64,000 nt of DNA from a virus (Duplodnaviria; Caudoviricetes): the IMG/VR virus record IMGVR_UViG_3300042541_001363, positions 19,118 through 83,117 of that record. The stretch is one strand, 5' to 3'. A program made the translations under genes and the position numbers. Shown here one piece after another: positions 46,961 through 55,967 of the stretch. The notes under the pieces were generated by a model, which was not told where the DNA came from, searched no databases, and saw only the letters and a list, made by a program, of their open reading frames with translations. How positions within the stretch are numbered: the stretch's first letter is position 1; each line of letters starts with the position of its first letter.

Positions 46961-47225
46961 TTATAAAGTACCTTTATTAGAAGAGGTCTGGATTTGTACT
47001 CAACATATGAAAAACATGACGTATTCAGATGTTATGGCAATGCCGACCTACGAAAGAAGATATTACTTAGGTATGCTTACCAAGGATTTCGAAAGAAAAC
47101 AAGAACAAATAGAAGAACAAAAAGAACAACAAACCACTAGTGGTGGTAAGGGGTCTAGAACGTCAAAAGTCTCTGGACAGCAATTGAAGACGAGAATGAA
47201 TAATGGTGACATACCATTACAATAA
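46947..47225 (+). CDS. tail chaperone extension (gp51-like); +1 frame open from the T7 run, first ATG at 47007
   Basis: The +1 frame reads FF-GLTANYKVPLLEEVWICTQHMKNMTYSDVMAMPTYERRYYLGML. There is no ATG/GTG/TTG between the in-frame stop at 46887 and 47007. Confidence 0.65.
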   Translation, partial: GLTANYKVPLLEEVWICTQHMKNMTYSDVMAMPTYERRYYLGMLTKDFERKQEQIEEQKEQQTTSGGKGSRTSKVSGQQLKTRMNNGDIPLQ

Positions 47226-47226
47226 T

Positions 47227-47252
47227 AAAATCCCCAATATTTGGGGATTTTT
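47227..47252 (+). terminator. intrinsic terminator
   Basis: aaaatccccaa-tat-ttggggatttt-t. Confidence 0.85.
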
Positions 47253-47283
47253 GTTTTAATAGATATTTATAAATAAAATCAAT

Positions 47284-48774
47284 ATGAAAATTAGATTAAC
47301 AGAAGACCAATATAAAGCATTAGAGAAGTTTATTGAAGAAGCCAGAGCTGCTGAAGCACCAGTTTCATTAAAAAACCTATTCAATGATAATCCAGAAGCT
47401 AAATACTTTACTGTTGTACAAAGACTTAAAGGTGGTAGTGATGATGAGTATTCTTTTCAATTTGTTGAACAAGATGGTCATAAAGGTATCAAAGATGTTA
47501 ATAAAATGGGTAAAACCAAAGGTTGTGAGATTGATTTAAAACCAGATACAATGATTTATGGTAATACATTCTCAGTATCTTTTGGTAGTTGTGGTACTAG
47601 AACTATAAACAACGTTACATCTGTTAAGGTTTATGCTGACGAAAATACACTCAAGAGTGGTCAAGAGATGGATAGTATGGAAGTTGAGCACGAGATGAGT
47701 GAAACACCAGAAGGATTGGCTAATAAGTACTATGAAATGCTTAAAAATGTTGATATAGACCAAGAAATATATATTGATAGTAAAAACAAATGGGATGGTA
47801 TTGTAATCGCTAAAAGAAATGATAGTATTGAGATTAAAATATACAAACATGGAATCCCAATAAATGAAGCTGATGATGATTCTGAAATGGAATGGAATGT
47901 AACCCCACCAAAAGAACAACAACAACAACAACAACAGAAAGCTAAACCTACTAGAAAGGGTATAGTATTGACGTTAGATATGAAAACAAATCCCTTTTAT
48001 GTTGAAAATGGTAAATTGATGTTAAAAGGTGTATCATACGACAGTACAACAGAAAAGAAATCAGAATTTGTAGTTCCAGTTAAAAAGTTTTCGACAAATG
48101 CTGGTGATTTAAAAATACCAAGACCAGATAAATCAGAAAAACAAAATCAAGAGGTAGAACCAGAGGTAGAACCAGAGGTAGATAACCCAGAAGATGTTCA
48201 ATCTGAAGAAGAATTAAGAAAAGAAGCATTGAGAGCATATGAAATGATTTTGAAGGATAAAAATTTAAAAGATGCATTTTATAGAAAACCAAGTTTTTGG
48301 AATTTGTTCATGTCTGAGTTAAAAGGTAAAAAAGCACCTGGTAAAGGTATATTACCAACGTTACAATTATTAAACCATTATAACACTGATAAATTAAATC
48401 AAGATTTAGGTGCTGAATTCATACAAGGTAAACGTATACAATTTTCACCATATAATAAACCATACTCAATAAATGTTGATGGTACTAGTTTTCAACTAAG
48501 TACTGATACTGAATACGAAGGTACTGTTAAAAAATTCAAAACTACTGATAATCATTATGTTATTGATAGTAAACAAGGTAATAACGGTTTTAAATTAATA
48601 GTTAAATCAAAAACAGATGCTGATGATGTATTTAAGTGTGAATTGATTCGGTATACTAGAGATGCTGAAAACAAGTTGCATACTTATAACTATAATGGTG
48701 ATGTTTATATTAAATTCAGCAGTCAAAGTGATGGTTATAGACCAATACCTAAAAATCAACAAAAACCTAACTAA
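47284..48774 (+). CDS. hypothetical, probably virion-associated protein
   Basis: 496 aa, TATTTATA upstream, poly-Q and EPEV repeats; located between the chaperone and the tape measure. Confidence 0.6.
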   Translation: MKIRLTEDQYKALEKFIEEARAAEAPVSLKNLFNDNPEAKYFTVVQRLKGGSDDEYSFQFVEQDGHKGIKDVNKMGKTKGCEIDLKPDTMIYGNTFSVSFGSCGTRTINNVTSVKVYADENTLKSGQEMDSMEVEHEMSETPEGLANKYYEMLKNVDIDQEIYIDSKNKWDGIVIAKRNDSIEIKIYKHGIPINEADDDSEMEWNVTPPKEQQQQQQQKAKPTRKGIVLTLDMKTNPFYVENGKLMLKGVSYDSTTEKKSEFVVPVKKFSTNAGDLKIPRPDKSEKQNQEVEPEVEPEVDNPEDVQSEEELRKEALRAYEMILKDKNLKDAFYRKPSFWNLFMSELKGKKAPGKGILPTLQLLNHYNTDKLNQDLGAEFIQGKRIQFSPYNKPYSINVDGTSFQLSTDTEYEGTVKKFKTTDNHYVIDSKQGNNGFKLIVKSKTDADDVFKCELIRYTRDAENKLHTYNYNGDVYIKFSSQSDGYRPIPKNQQKPN

Positions 48775-48796
48775 TAAAAGATTTAAAAATTAATAT

Positions 48797-51268
48797 ATGG
48801 CGTTAACACCAGATGAAGTAAAAAAGCTTGTTGAGTTACTTAAAGAACAAGCAAGACAACAACAAGAGATAAATAGTGGGTTAGATGGGTATTTACAAGG
48901 ATTAAAAAAATCTAAAGAAATACAAGATACAATAAAAGCTAATCGTGAGATAGAAGCTAAATTATTAGCTAAGGCTAGGTCTTTAACTGGTAGTGCTAAT
49001 GCTCAAGCTAGAGCTGATGAAATTGAAAAACTAAGACTACTTAGAGGCCAGACAGAAGAGTTAGTTAAACAAGGTGAAGTATTAAAAGAACATCTTAAGG
49101 ATGCCAACAAACTTAAAATTACATTTGCTGCGATTGCAGCAAGTACTCTTAAAGGTTTCAATGGGTTACCTAATTTAATTGAAGGTTCATTTGGTAAACT
49201 TAAATCTTTTGGGTTGTTCGAAATGGATAAGGCGATTAGAATGTCTGCCACTGAAATGGGTAAGTTCGGTAAAAATGCTAATGCTTTAAGAATTTCAATA
49301 AAAGATACAGCTACCACAACTAATAGTTGGGGTATGGGTGTCAAAGAATTATCCAAACTACAATCATCATTTAGTGAAGAGTTAGGTCGAACTGCTATGA
49401 TGGGTAATGAAGGATTAGAATCAGTATCAGCTTTAGCTGCTGCAACTAGTTTAGGTGTTGAAGGTGCTGCTAAGTTAACAGCTGAAATGGACAATCAAGG
49501 GCTATCAGCTAAGCGTACAGCTGATTTCATGGAACAAACTATGAATGATAGTGCTAAGATGGGTATAAACACATCTAAGGTCGTTAAAAACATTCAGAAC
49601 AACATGAAGATGCTTAACAAGTATAACTTCAAAGGTGGTGTTAAAGGGTTGGCTAAAATGGCTCAAACTACATCTAAGTTAGGTGTTGATATGAACTTTG
49701 TTGCTGGAATGGCTGATAAACTATTTGATATTGAAGGTGCTGTTGACATGTCGGCACAATTACAAGTTATGGGTGGTGAATGGGCTGAATTGGCTGACCC
49801 ATTCAAATTAATGTATATGGCACGTAATGATATGGAAGGGTTGACTGAAGCTATAGGTCAAGCTGCTGCTTCTTCTGCTCACTTCAATAAAGAAACTGGT
49901 GAGTTTGAAATATCAAGTCTTGAAATGCATAGATTACGTAAAATTGCTGAACAAACTGGTGTATCTTATGAAGAATTAGCAACAGCTGGTAAAAACGCAG
50001 CTAAATTTAGTAAAATCAGAACTCAAATGAGCTTTAGTGTTGGTGGTGGTGCAGAAGGTAAGAAAATGCAAGAATTCCTTGAGAATACAGCTCAGTTGGA
50101 TGAAAGTGGTAAAGCTTTTATTATTGATATGAAAGGTGATAAGAAATATCTAAATGCATTGGGTAGTAGTGGTAAAAAACTAATTGAAGCTGAAATGGCT
50201 AACCAAGCTACACTTAAAGAAAGAGCTGAGGCCGCACAAACATTTGATGAGAAGATTACCAACTTAATAAACATGGTTAAAACATACATGATGCCAATAG
50301 TTGAGGGTATTGATGGTGTTTTAAGACCAATTGTTGATGATTTATTTAAAGATGGTAGTGACTTTAGAGACGATTTAAAGGATTTAGGTAATTCATTAGG
50401 TGGATTTGTTAAAGGTGCTTTAGAAATGCTTAAACCTTTAGGTCAGTTAGCATTATATTTAGGCCCTAAAGGGTTGTTTGCTGCATTTGTCGGTGGAAAG
50501 GCACTTGGATGGATAGCCGATAAAATGACATGGATTACCAATGGGTTGCTATTATCTCAAGGGTTTAATATGGGTGCTAGTGGTAAGGGTGGTTTTATGA
50601 GTGCATTAACTAAGGTTATGGGTACTCGTATGGGTAAAGTTGCTGGTGGTGTAGGTGGTGCTGTTGCTGGTGTTGCTGGTGGTACAGCTATTGGTGGTGG
50701 TGGAAAAGGCGCTATGATTGGTTCTGGGATTGGTACAGCGTTAGGTGCATTAGGTTATGCTATACCAGGTGTTGGACTTATTGCTGGACCAGCATTGATG
50801 GGTTTAGGTGGTATGGCTGGTGGTGCTGTTGGTGGAATGTTTGACGAACCATCAAATGATGCTTTATTTGGTTCACCAGTACATGATGCTAAATTTAAAG
50901 GTAAAGCACCAGCATTCCCTAAAGGCTTAGGTAATGATTTTTCGAAGAATAGAGGTATAGTACAAGGTGGTAAAATACACCCTATTGATAATAAAGATGA
51001 TTTATTGGCAATGAAACCTGGTGGTGGAATAATGGATGGTCTTATAAATGCTGGGAAAGATATGTTAGGTATTGGTCCAAAAAAATTACAAGTCAATTTT
51101 GGAGAGATACATTTTAAATTTGACGACCTAGTAATCAAGACTAGTGGTGGTGATTCTAAGAATATTGGTAAAGAATTGTTAAATACAGCTAGTTTTACAA
51201 GAGATATAACTAGAATGATTCACGTTGAAACTAGAAAGGCTATCAATGGTGGATGGGCAAATGGTTAA
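48797..51268 (+). CDS. tape measure protein
   Basis: Long helical A/L/K/M-rich region with Gly-rich hydrophobic stretches near the C-terminus; located between tail chaperones and baseplate genes. Confidence 0.75.
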   Translation: MALTPDEVKKLVELLKEQARQQQEINSGLDGYLQGLKKSKEIQDTIKANREIEAKLLAKARSLTGSANAQARADEIEKLRLLRGQTEELVKQGEVLKEHLKDANKLKITFAAIAASTLKGFNGLPNLIEGSFGKLKSFGLFEMDKAIRMSATEMGKFGKNANALRISIKDTATTTNSWGMGVKELSKLQSSFSEELGRTAMMGNEGLESVSALAAATSLGVEGAAKLTAEMDNQGLSAKRTADFMEQTMNDSAKMGINTSKVVKNIQNNMKMLNKYNFKGGVKGLAKMAQTTSKLGVDMNFVAGMADKLFDIEGAVDMSAQLQVMGGEWAELADPFKLMYMARNDMEGLTEAIGQAAASSAHFNKETGEFEISSLEMHRLRKIAEQTGVSYEELATAGKNAAKFSKIRTQMSFSVGGGAEGKKMQEFLENTAQLDESGKAFIIDMKGDKKYLNALGSSGKKLIEAEMANQATLKERAEAAQTFDEKITNLINMVKTYMMPIVEGIDGVLRPIVDDLFKDGSDFRDDLKDLGNSLGGFVKGALEMLKPLGQLALYLGPKGLFAAFVGGKALGWIADKMTWITNGLLLSQGFNMGASGKGGFMSALTKVMGTRMGKVAGGVGGAVAGVAGGTAIGGGGKGAMIGSGIGTALGALGYAIPGVGLIAGPALMGLGGMAGGAVGGMFDEPSNDALFGSPVHDAKFKGKAPAFPKGLGNDFSKNRGIVQGGKIHPIDNKDDLLAMKPGGGIMDGLINAGKDMLGIGPKKLQVNFGEIHFKFDDLVIKTSGGDSKNIGKELLNTASFTRDITRMIHVETRKAINGGWANG

Positions 51269-51313
51269 TAATCAATAAATTAAAAAATAATTTAAAATTA
51301 ATCAATGTTTTTC

Positions 51314-51344
51314 TTGACAACTGACTAAAATTGTAGTATTTTTG
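51314..51344 (+). promoter_or_regulatory. strong consensus host-type promoter with no protein gene immediately downstream
   Basis: TTGACA (51314-19) ... TATTTTTG (51337-44), a 20-nt TTG-to-TA spacing. Confidence 0.7.
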
Positions 51345-51434
51345 TATTATATATAATATATATTAAATAATAATATATATTAAATAATAATATAATTAAT
51401 AATATATATATATATATAATAATATATATTATAA
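51345..51434. repeat. 90-nt stretch with no G or C, built of aatatatatt(aaataat) repeats
   Basis: G at 51344, next G at 51435. Tandem 17-mer aatatatattaaataat and palindromic aatatatatt units. Confidence 0.9.
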
Positions 51435-51436
51435 GT

Positions 51437-51460
51437 AGGGGGCTTTATGTCCTCTTTTTT
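51437..51460 (+). terminator. plus-strand intrinsic terminator
   Basis: agggggc-tttat-gtcctct-ttttt. The two G-U pairs work only on the + strand RNA. Confidence 0.65.
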
Positions 51461-51524
51461 GTTTTGGTATTTATTTTGAAAAAAAGTTAACTAGTTTAGT
51501 ATTTATATATAAATAAAAATAGTT

Positions 51525-54500
51525 ATGCCATATTTTGATTATTCTCAATATAATTATACTCAAGGACCTATAAGTGGTTCTTCAAATAGTATAAATACAA
51601 CAGCAACTCATTTTGGCTTTAGAGATTTTCTATTAAAAAAGAATATAGGTGGTACAGCCTTACCTCCTAGTTTATTTTATAATATAAAATCAAAAGGTAT
51701 TATAAGTCCTAAGATTGGTGAGCCTTACTTAGATGTATTTGTAAACAATAATGTAAATGTGGTACCAGAAAATTACCCTATACAAAAATACGGTATTATT
51801 TTTAAGAACATTGAGAATATCAATAATAACCAATTTAAGAATGAAAATTCAAATGCTGATACTTTAGTTATTGTTGAAAATCAACCAAAAGATTTAAGTG
51901 GTCTTATAGATAATGGTTATAGTAATATTAGTTTTGGTAAAGCTTACTTTCCGTTAGCTGGTACACCTTTAAGTTATCCAAAGAAGCCAGATAGTCCTTT
52001 AATTGATTCATATGGTATATTAGCTAAATCAACATTCGCTCAATTCACAACGTCATTAACAGCTAAAAACGTATATATCGTCTCAGACGCACAAAAAGAC
52101 ACTGGGTTAGGTATTGATAGTTTAAAAGTAAATCAAGACTTTAAAACAAGTCATAATGGTGTTACAACTGGTCAAGGATACGCAGATGAATACGGTAAGT
52201 TAAACCAAGGAAGTGGTGGGGCTATGGCTGCTGCCAATGTTTTAGGTAGTGTGTTAAATGGTCAAGGTATCGGATTAACTCAAGGTGGTATATCAACTAA
52301 CTTTGATTTAAGAAGTTCATTGGTTGGTAGAGTATTGGGTGCTACTGGTACAATAAACGATACCAACTTAGGTAAAATAGGTGGAACCCAATTGGGGTTG
52401 GCTTTAGCTAATAATGCTGCATTCAATGTTCAACAAGAGATATTAGGTAAGTTAAATCTTCAAGATAACGTATTAAGTCTTATAAAAGGGAATGGATTAG
52501 CTGGATTTAGACCTAATTATCAAATTACAGTACCCTCTAGTGGCGTAGGAAAGTTTTTTAATGGTGCAGCTAAGATTTTAGGTTTTACACTCCCTAGGAG
52601 CTTTATTTCGAATGAAGGTTCAATTTTCGCTAGTGAGAATGGTAACATTGAAAATATTAAAAGAGCAAATTCTTTATTGAAAAACACTGGTAAAGGTCAA
52701 TTTGTTAGTCTTATTAAAGGTGCTAAAGCAAATATAGAAGGAACAAGTGAATATGATAACCCAGAGAGCTCACCGTTTAGAAGTGGTTACGCACCAGGTT
52801 ATGCCGTAGGTGATAAAGAAAGTCCAATTGATGGTGATAATATATATGCTTATTCAGATGGCAAGGGTCAATTATTTGATGTACTTAGTATTAAAGGTGT
52901 TATACCAGATTTAAGTTCTTTTAGAGGTCAAAAAACTTCTGGGTCTGGATTTTTAAGTCAAGACGCTGGTAATTTTGGTCCTAGTTATCCAAAGGATTAT
53001 ACTATTTCAACAATTAAACAGATTGGTTTTACATGGGGGTCAAATAGTGGTGGTACAGTTAACACTTTAAATTCTTATAGTGAATTAAGTGGTAATAAAA
53101 AATCACTTTTAGTTAAAACGCAAAAATTATTTAACGATAAAAACATGTTTAATATAATATCTAACAAAGGTGTTTTAAATAGTGTGAATAATTCTCCGTC
53201 ACAAATACAAACAATAAACGCTGGCGGCATGTCTAAAGGTAGTGCTGTTATAAGTGGTAAATTATACAATCTAGATAACGGTGTTTATTCTGGTGGCACT
53301 AATTTAGAGGCTAATAATGTTTATGCAAGAGCTTGGACAACATTGGATAGGTATGACAAAGTATCAAAATTAATAAGACATAGAGGATTAGATGAAAAAG
53401 GTAAAGTACCTTATAGACATCAAATGGATGGTAGTGTATTAGACGATAACGGATTTGTTAAGATGTCACCGTATATTGATGTTGTTGATGACCCAAAGAA
53501 ATACATGTTTTCAATTGAGAATTTAGCTTGGAATGACCAATACTATAATCTATTACCTTGTGAGAGAGGTAGTGGTGATTTATTAACTGGTAAGAAAGGT
53601 AGAATCATGTGGTTCCCACCTTACGATATTCAATTTAGTGAAAATAATTCTGTTGAGTGGGAATCTAACAAATTTATTGGTAGAGGTGAATCTGTATATA
53701 CATATAGCAACACAGAAAGAAGTGGTAGTTTATCATTTAAGGTGGTAGTTGACCACCCAACCTATATTAATTCTTTTTCTGACAGAAGGTCTAAAGTTGA
53801 TGATAATTATGTTGCTTCATTCTTTGCTGGTGAAATAGACCCTAGTCAATCATTTAGCAATACAATGACTAGCTATGAGTTAAATGAAATGTTAAAAGAA
53901 TATACACCTACAGATGCAAAAATTAGTGATGAGTATTCAAAATTACCAAATGATAAATTAGTTTATTATTTTCCAAATGATGTTTATACATATTATGTAG
54001 AATACGAAAATGGCTCAAAAGACCTTGAAGATAAATACATTGCTGGTCAATTAACAAGTAAAAGAACATATAATACTGGTAAAGATTATAGTTTAAATGA
54101 AACTTTTAGTTTTGATGGTGTTGATTATTCAGATTTAACAAGTTTAGGTACCGCTATTGGTGATTTTTTAAATCAAGATGGTAATGAAGCTATAATCCTT
54201 AATGTAACTGGATTTGCTAGTATCCCAGGTCAAAATACAGCTAATGATGCTTTGGCTAGTAAAAGAGCAGATACTATTATTGCTATTTTAAAACCACAAA
54301 TGACTGTTATAAAAAATATAGATAAAAGGATTAGAAAAATACCTAACACTCAAGAAAGTAGTGGTTGTGATGCTAGTGATAAAGACCAAAATGATAAACC
54401 ATGTAAAGAAGCTAGAAGGGTTGAAATGTATTTTGATATTGATTATAATTTAATACCAGATAAAAAAGATTTTAAAGTTAAAAAAACTTCTAGAAAAACA

Positions 54501-55634
54501 GTAACAAAAAACCCATTTTATGGTGAATGTGGATTTTTTGAAAAACTAAAACAAGAAGATGGTTTTGTTTTTGATAAGTTTAGAGATAAGATTAAATATT
54601 TCCATCCAGCATTTCACTCAACAACACCAGAAGGGTTAAACGCTAGATTAACATTTTTATTACAATGCACTAGACAAGGACCTACATTAGAGGAGCAAGG
54701 TGCAAACAATTTAGCTTTTGGTAGACCACCAGTATGTATACTTAGGATTGGTGATTTTTACAACACAAAAATTATAATAGATAATGTTAGTTTTGACTAC
54801 GAACCTTTGGTATGGGATTTAAACCCAGAAGGTATTGGTGTTCAACCTATGATAGCAAATGTTAATATGTCTTTTAAATTTATTGGTGGTTCTACATTAC
54901 TAGGACCTATTAATAAGTTACAAAATGCATTATCATTTAATTATTTTGCCAATACACATGTATATGATGTAAGAGCTGATTATTTAGCTAAAGTTAAAAA
55001 TCCAGCAACAGCTAAAAAAGCTAGTAGTGATTATGAATTACATAACACAGCACATAAGGATTATAATGATGACTTAAATAACGGTGTTAAAACATCAGAC
55101 CCAATAGATACTGTAATACCAGAAATCGACCAAGTTGCTTCTAGCGATAAGACTACTAATGGTAAAAAAACATCTAAATTCCAAATGGAATATTTTTACA
55201 TTGGAGGTATTGAAATGTGTGATATAGTTGAAACTGAAACTTCTTGGATATTAAGTGTTAAATTACTAGCCTATAGTAAGAAATCACTTAAATTAGTTAC
55301 AGATTTAAGTGATTATAATATACAAACTATATGGAACAATAACGATGGTGTTAGTTTATCGATTAGAGAGTTAGATAAAAAATCAAACAATATTGAAATA
55401 TACACCAAAAGAATTGAAAGAGCAACAGAAAGTTTAGAAGTTGGTGTCAGCACATTAAAAGATTATTTATTAAACTGTGCTAATTTTACAATACCTAAAA
55501 AAGTAAAAGGAGGTGAAGGGATAAGTGATACTTTAGGTAAAGAAACATTCATATTATCTGTTATTGGTAAAAATACACTACCAGATAAAATAAATAATGA
55601 AGAAACAGCTAGAATTAACATTAAATTAAGTTAA
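51525..55634 (+). CDS. large baseplate/tube-initiator protein with an internal OmpA-C-like domain
   Basis: FPPYDIQFSE...WE...FIGRGE.VYTYSNTERSGSLSF and PPVCILRIGDFYNTKI.I.NVSF.YE...WDLN (tube-initiator-like); VTGFAS..G....N..LASKRA and ARRVE (OmpA-like). Confidence 0.6.
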   Translation: MPYFDYSQYNYTQGPISGSSNSINTTATHFGFRDFLLKKNIGGTALPPSLFYNIKSKGIISPKIGEPYLDVFVNNNVNVVPENYPIQKYGIIFKNIENINNNQFKNENSNADTLVIVENQPKDLSGLIDNGYSNISFGKAYFPLAGTPLSYPKKPDSPLIDSYGILAKSTFAQFTTSLTAKNVYIVSDAQKDTGLGIDSLKVNQDFKTSHNGVTTGQGYADEYGKLNQGSGGAMAAANVLGSVLNGQGIGLTQGGISTNFDLRSSLVGRVLGATGTINDTNLGKIGGTQLGLALANNAAFNVQQEILGKLNLQDNVLSLIKGNGLAGFRPNYQITVPSSGVGKFFNGAAKILGFTLPRSFISNEGSIFASENGNIENIKRANSLLKNTGKGQFVSLIKGAKANIEGTSEYDNPESSPFRSGYAPGYAVGDKESPIDGDNIYAYSDGKGQLFDVLSIKGVIPDLSSFRGQKTSGSGFLSQDAGNFGPSYPKDYTISTIKQIGFTWGSNSGGTVNTLNSYSELSGNKKSLLVKTQKLFNDKNMFNIISNKGVLNSVNNSPSQIQTINAGGMSKGSAVISGKLYNLDNGVYSGGTNLEANNVYARAWTTLDRYDKVSKLIRHRGLDEKGKVPYRHQMDGSVLDDNGFVKMSPYIDVVDDPKKYMFSIENLAWNDQYYNLLPCERGSGDLLTGKKGRIMWFPPYDIQFSENNSVEWESNKFIGRGESVYTYSNTERSGSLSFKVVVDHPTYINSFSDRRSKVDDNYVASFFAGEIDPSQSFSNTMTSYELNEMLKEYTPTDAKISDEYSKLPNDKLVYYFPNDVYTYYVEYENGSKDLEDKYIAGQLTSKRTYNTGKDYSLNETFSFDGVDYSDLTSLGTAIGDFLNQDGNEAIILNVTGFASIPGQNTANDALASKRADTIIAILKPQMTVIKNIDKRIRKIPNTQESSGCDASDKDQNDKPCKEARRVEMYFDIDYNLIPDKKDFKVKKTSRKTVTKNPFYGECGFFEKLKQEDGFVFDKFRDKIKYFHPAFHSTTPEGLNARLTFLLQCTRQGPTLEEQGANNLAFGRPPVCILRIGDFYNTKIIIDNVSFDYEPLVWDLNPEGIGVQPMIANVNMSFKFIGGSTLLGPINKLQNALSFNYFANTHVYDVRADYLAKVKNPATAKKASSDYELHNTAHKDYNDDLNNGVKTSDPIDTVIPEIDQVASSDKTTNGKKTSKFQMEYFYIGGIEMCDIVETETSWILSVKLLAYSKKSLKLVTDLSDYNIQTIWNNNDGVSLSIRELDKKSNNIEIYTKRIERATESLEVGVSTLKDYLLNCANFTIPKKVKGGEGISDTLGKETFILSVIGKNTLPDKINNEETARINIKLS

Positions 55635-55646
55635 AAAATAAAAAAT

Positions 55647-55967
55647 ATGGCAGTATATTATGACCGTTACGGAAAGTTCAGAGAGAACGCAAATATGAAA
55701 CCAGTTATTGGTGTTAAGATACCAGAATCACCATCTGATAAGAAGGTAGTTTACAAACAAGGACTCAGTAGACTTGACAAAATGAGTAATATGTATTATC
55801 TTAATCCATATAGTGGTTGGTTAATTATGCTCGCAAACCCACAATTCGGTGGATTAGAGTTCAATATACCAGATTTAACACAGATAAGAATACCTTATCC
55901 ATTGGAAGATGCTATGCAAAGATACATAACAGAATTAAATAATCATATTTTATTATATGGCGAATAA
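55647..55967 (+). CDS. baseplate wedge protein (gp53/LysM-like tail X)
   Basis: RLDKMS..YY.NP..GWLIM.ANP.......IP....IRIP. Confidence 0.7.
   Translation: MAVYYDRYGKFRENANMKPVIGVKIPESPSDKKVVYKQGLSRLDKMSNMYYLNPYSGWLIMLANPQFGGLEFNIPDLTQIRIPYPLEDAMQRYITELNNHILLYGE

Noticed and set aside
47915-48182. CAA run and 12-nt gaggtagaacca repeats as phase-variation sites
   Set aside because: Unit lengths are multiples of three within a linker, so slippage would not change the frame.
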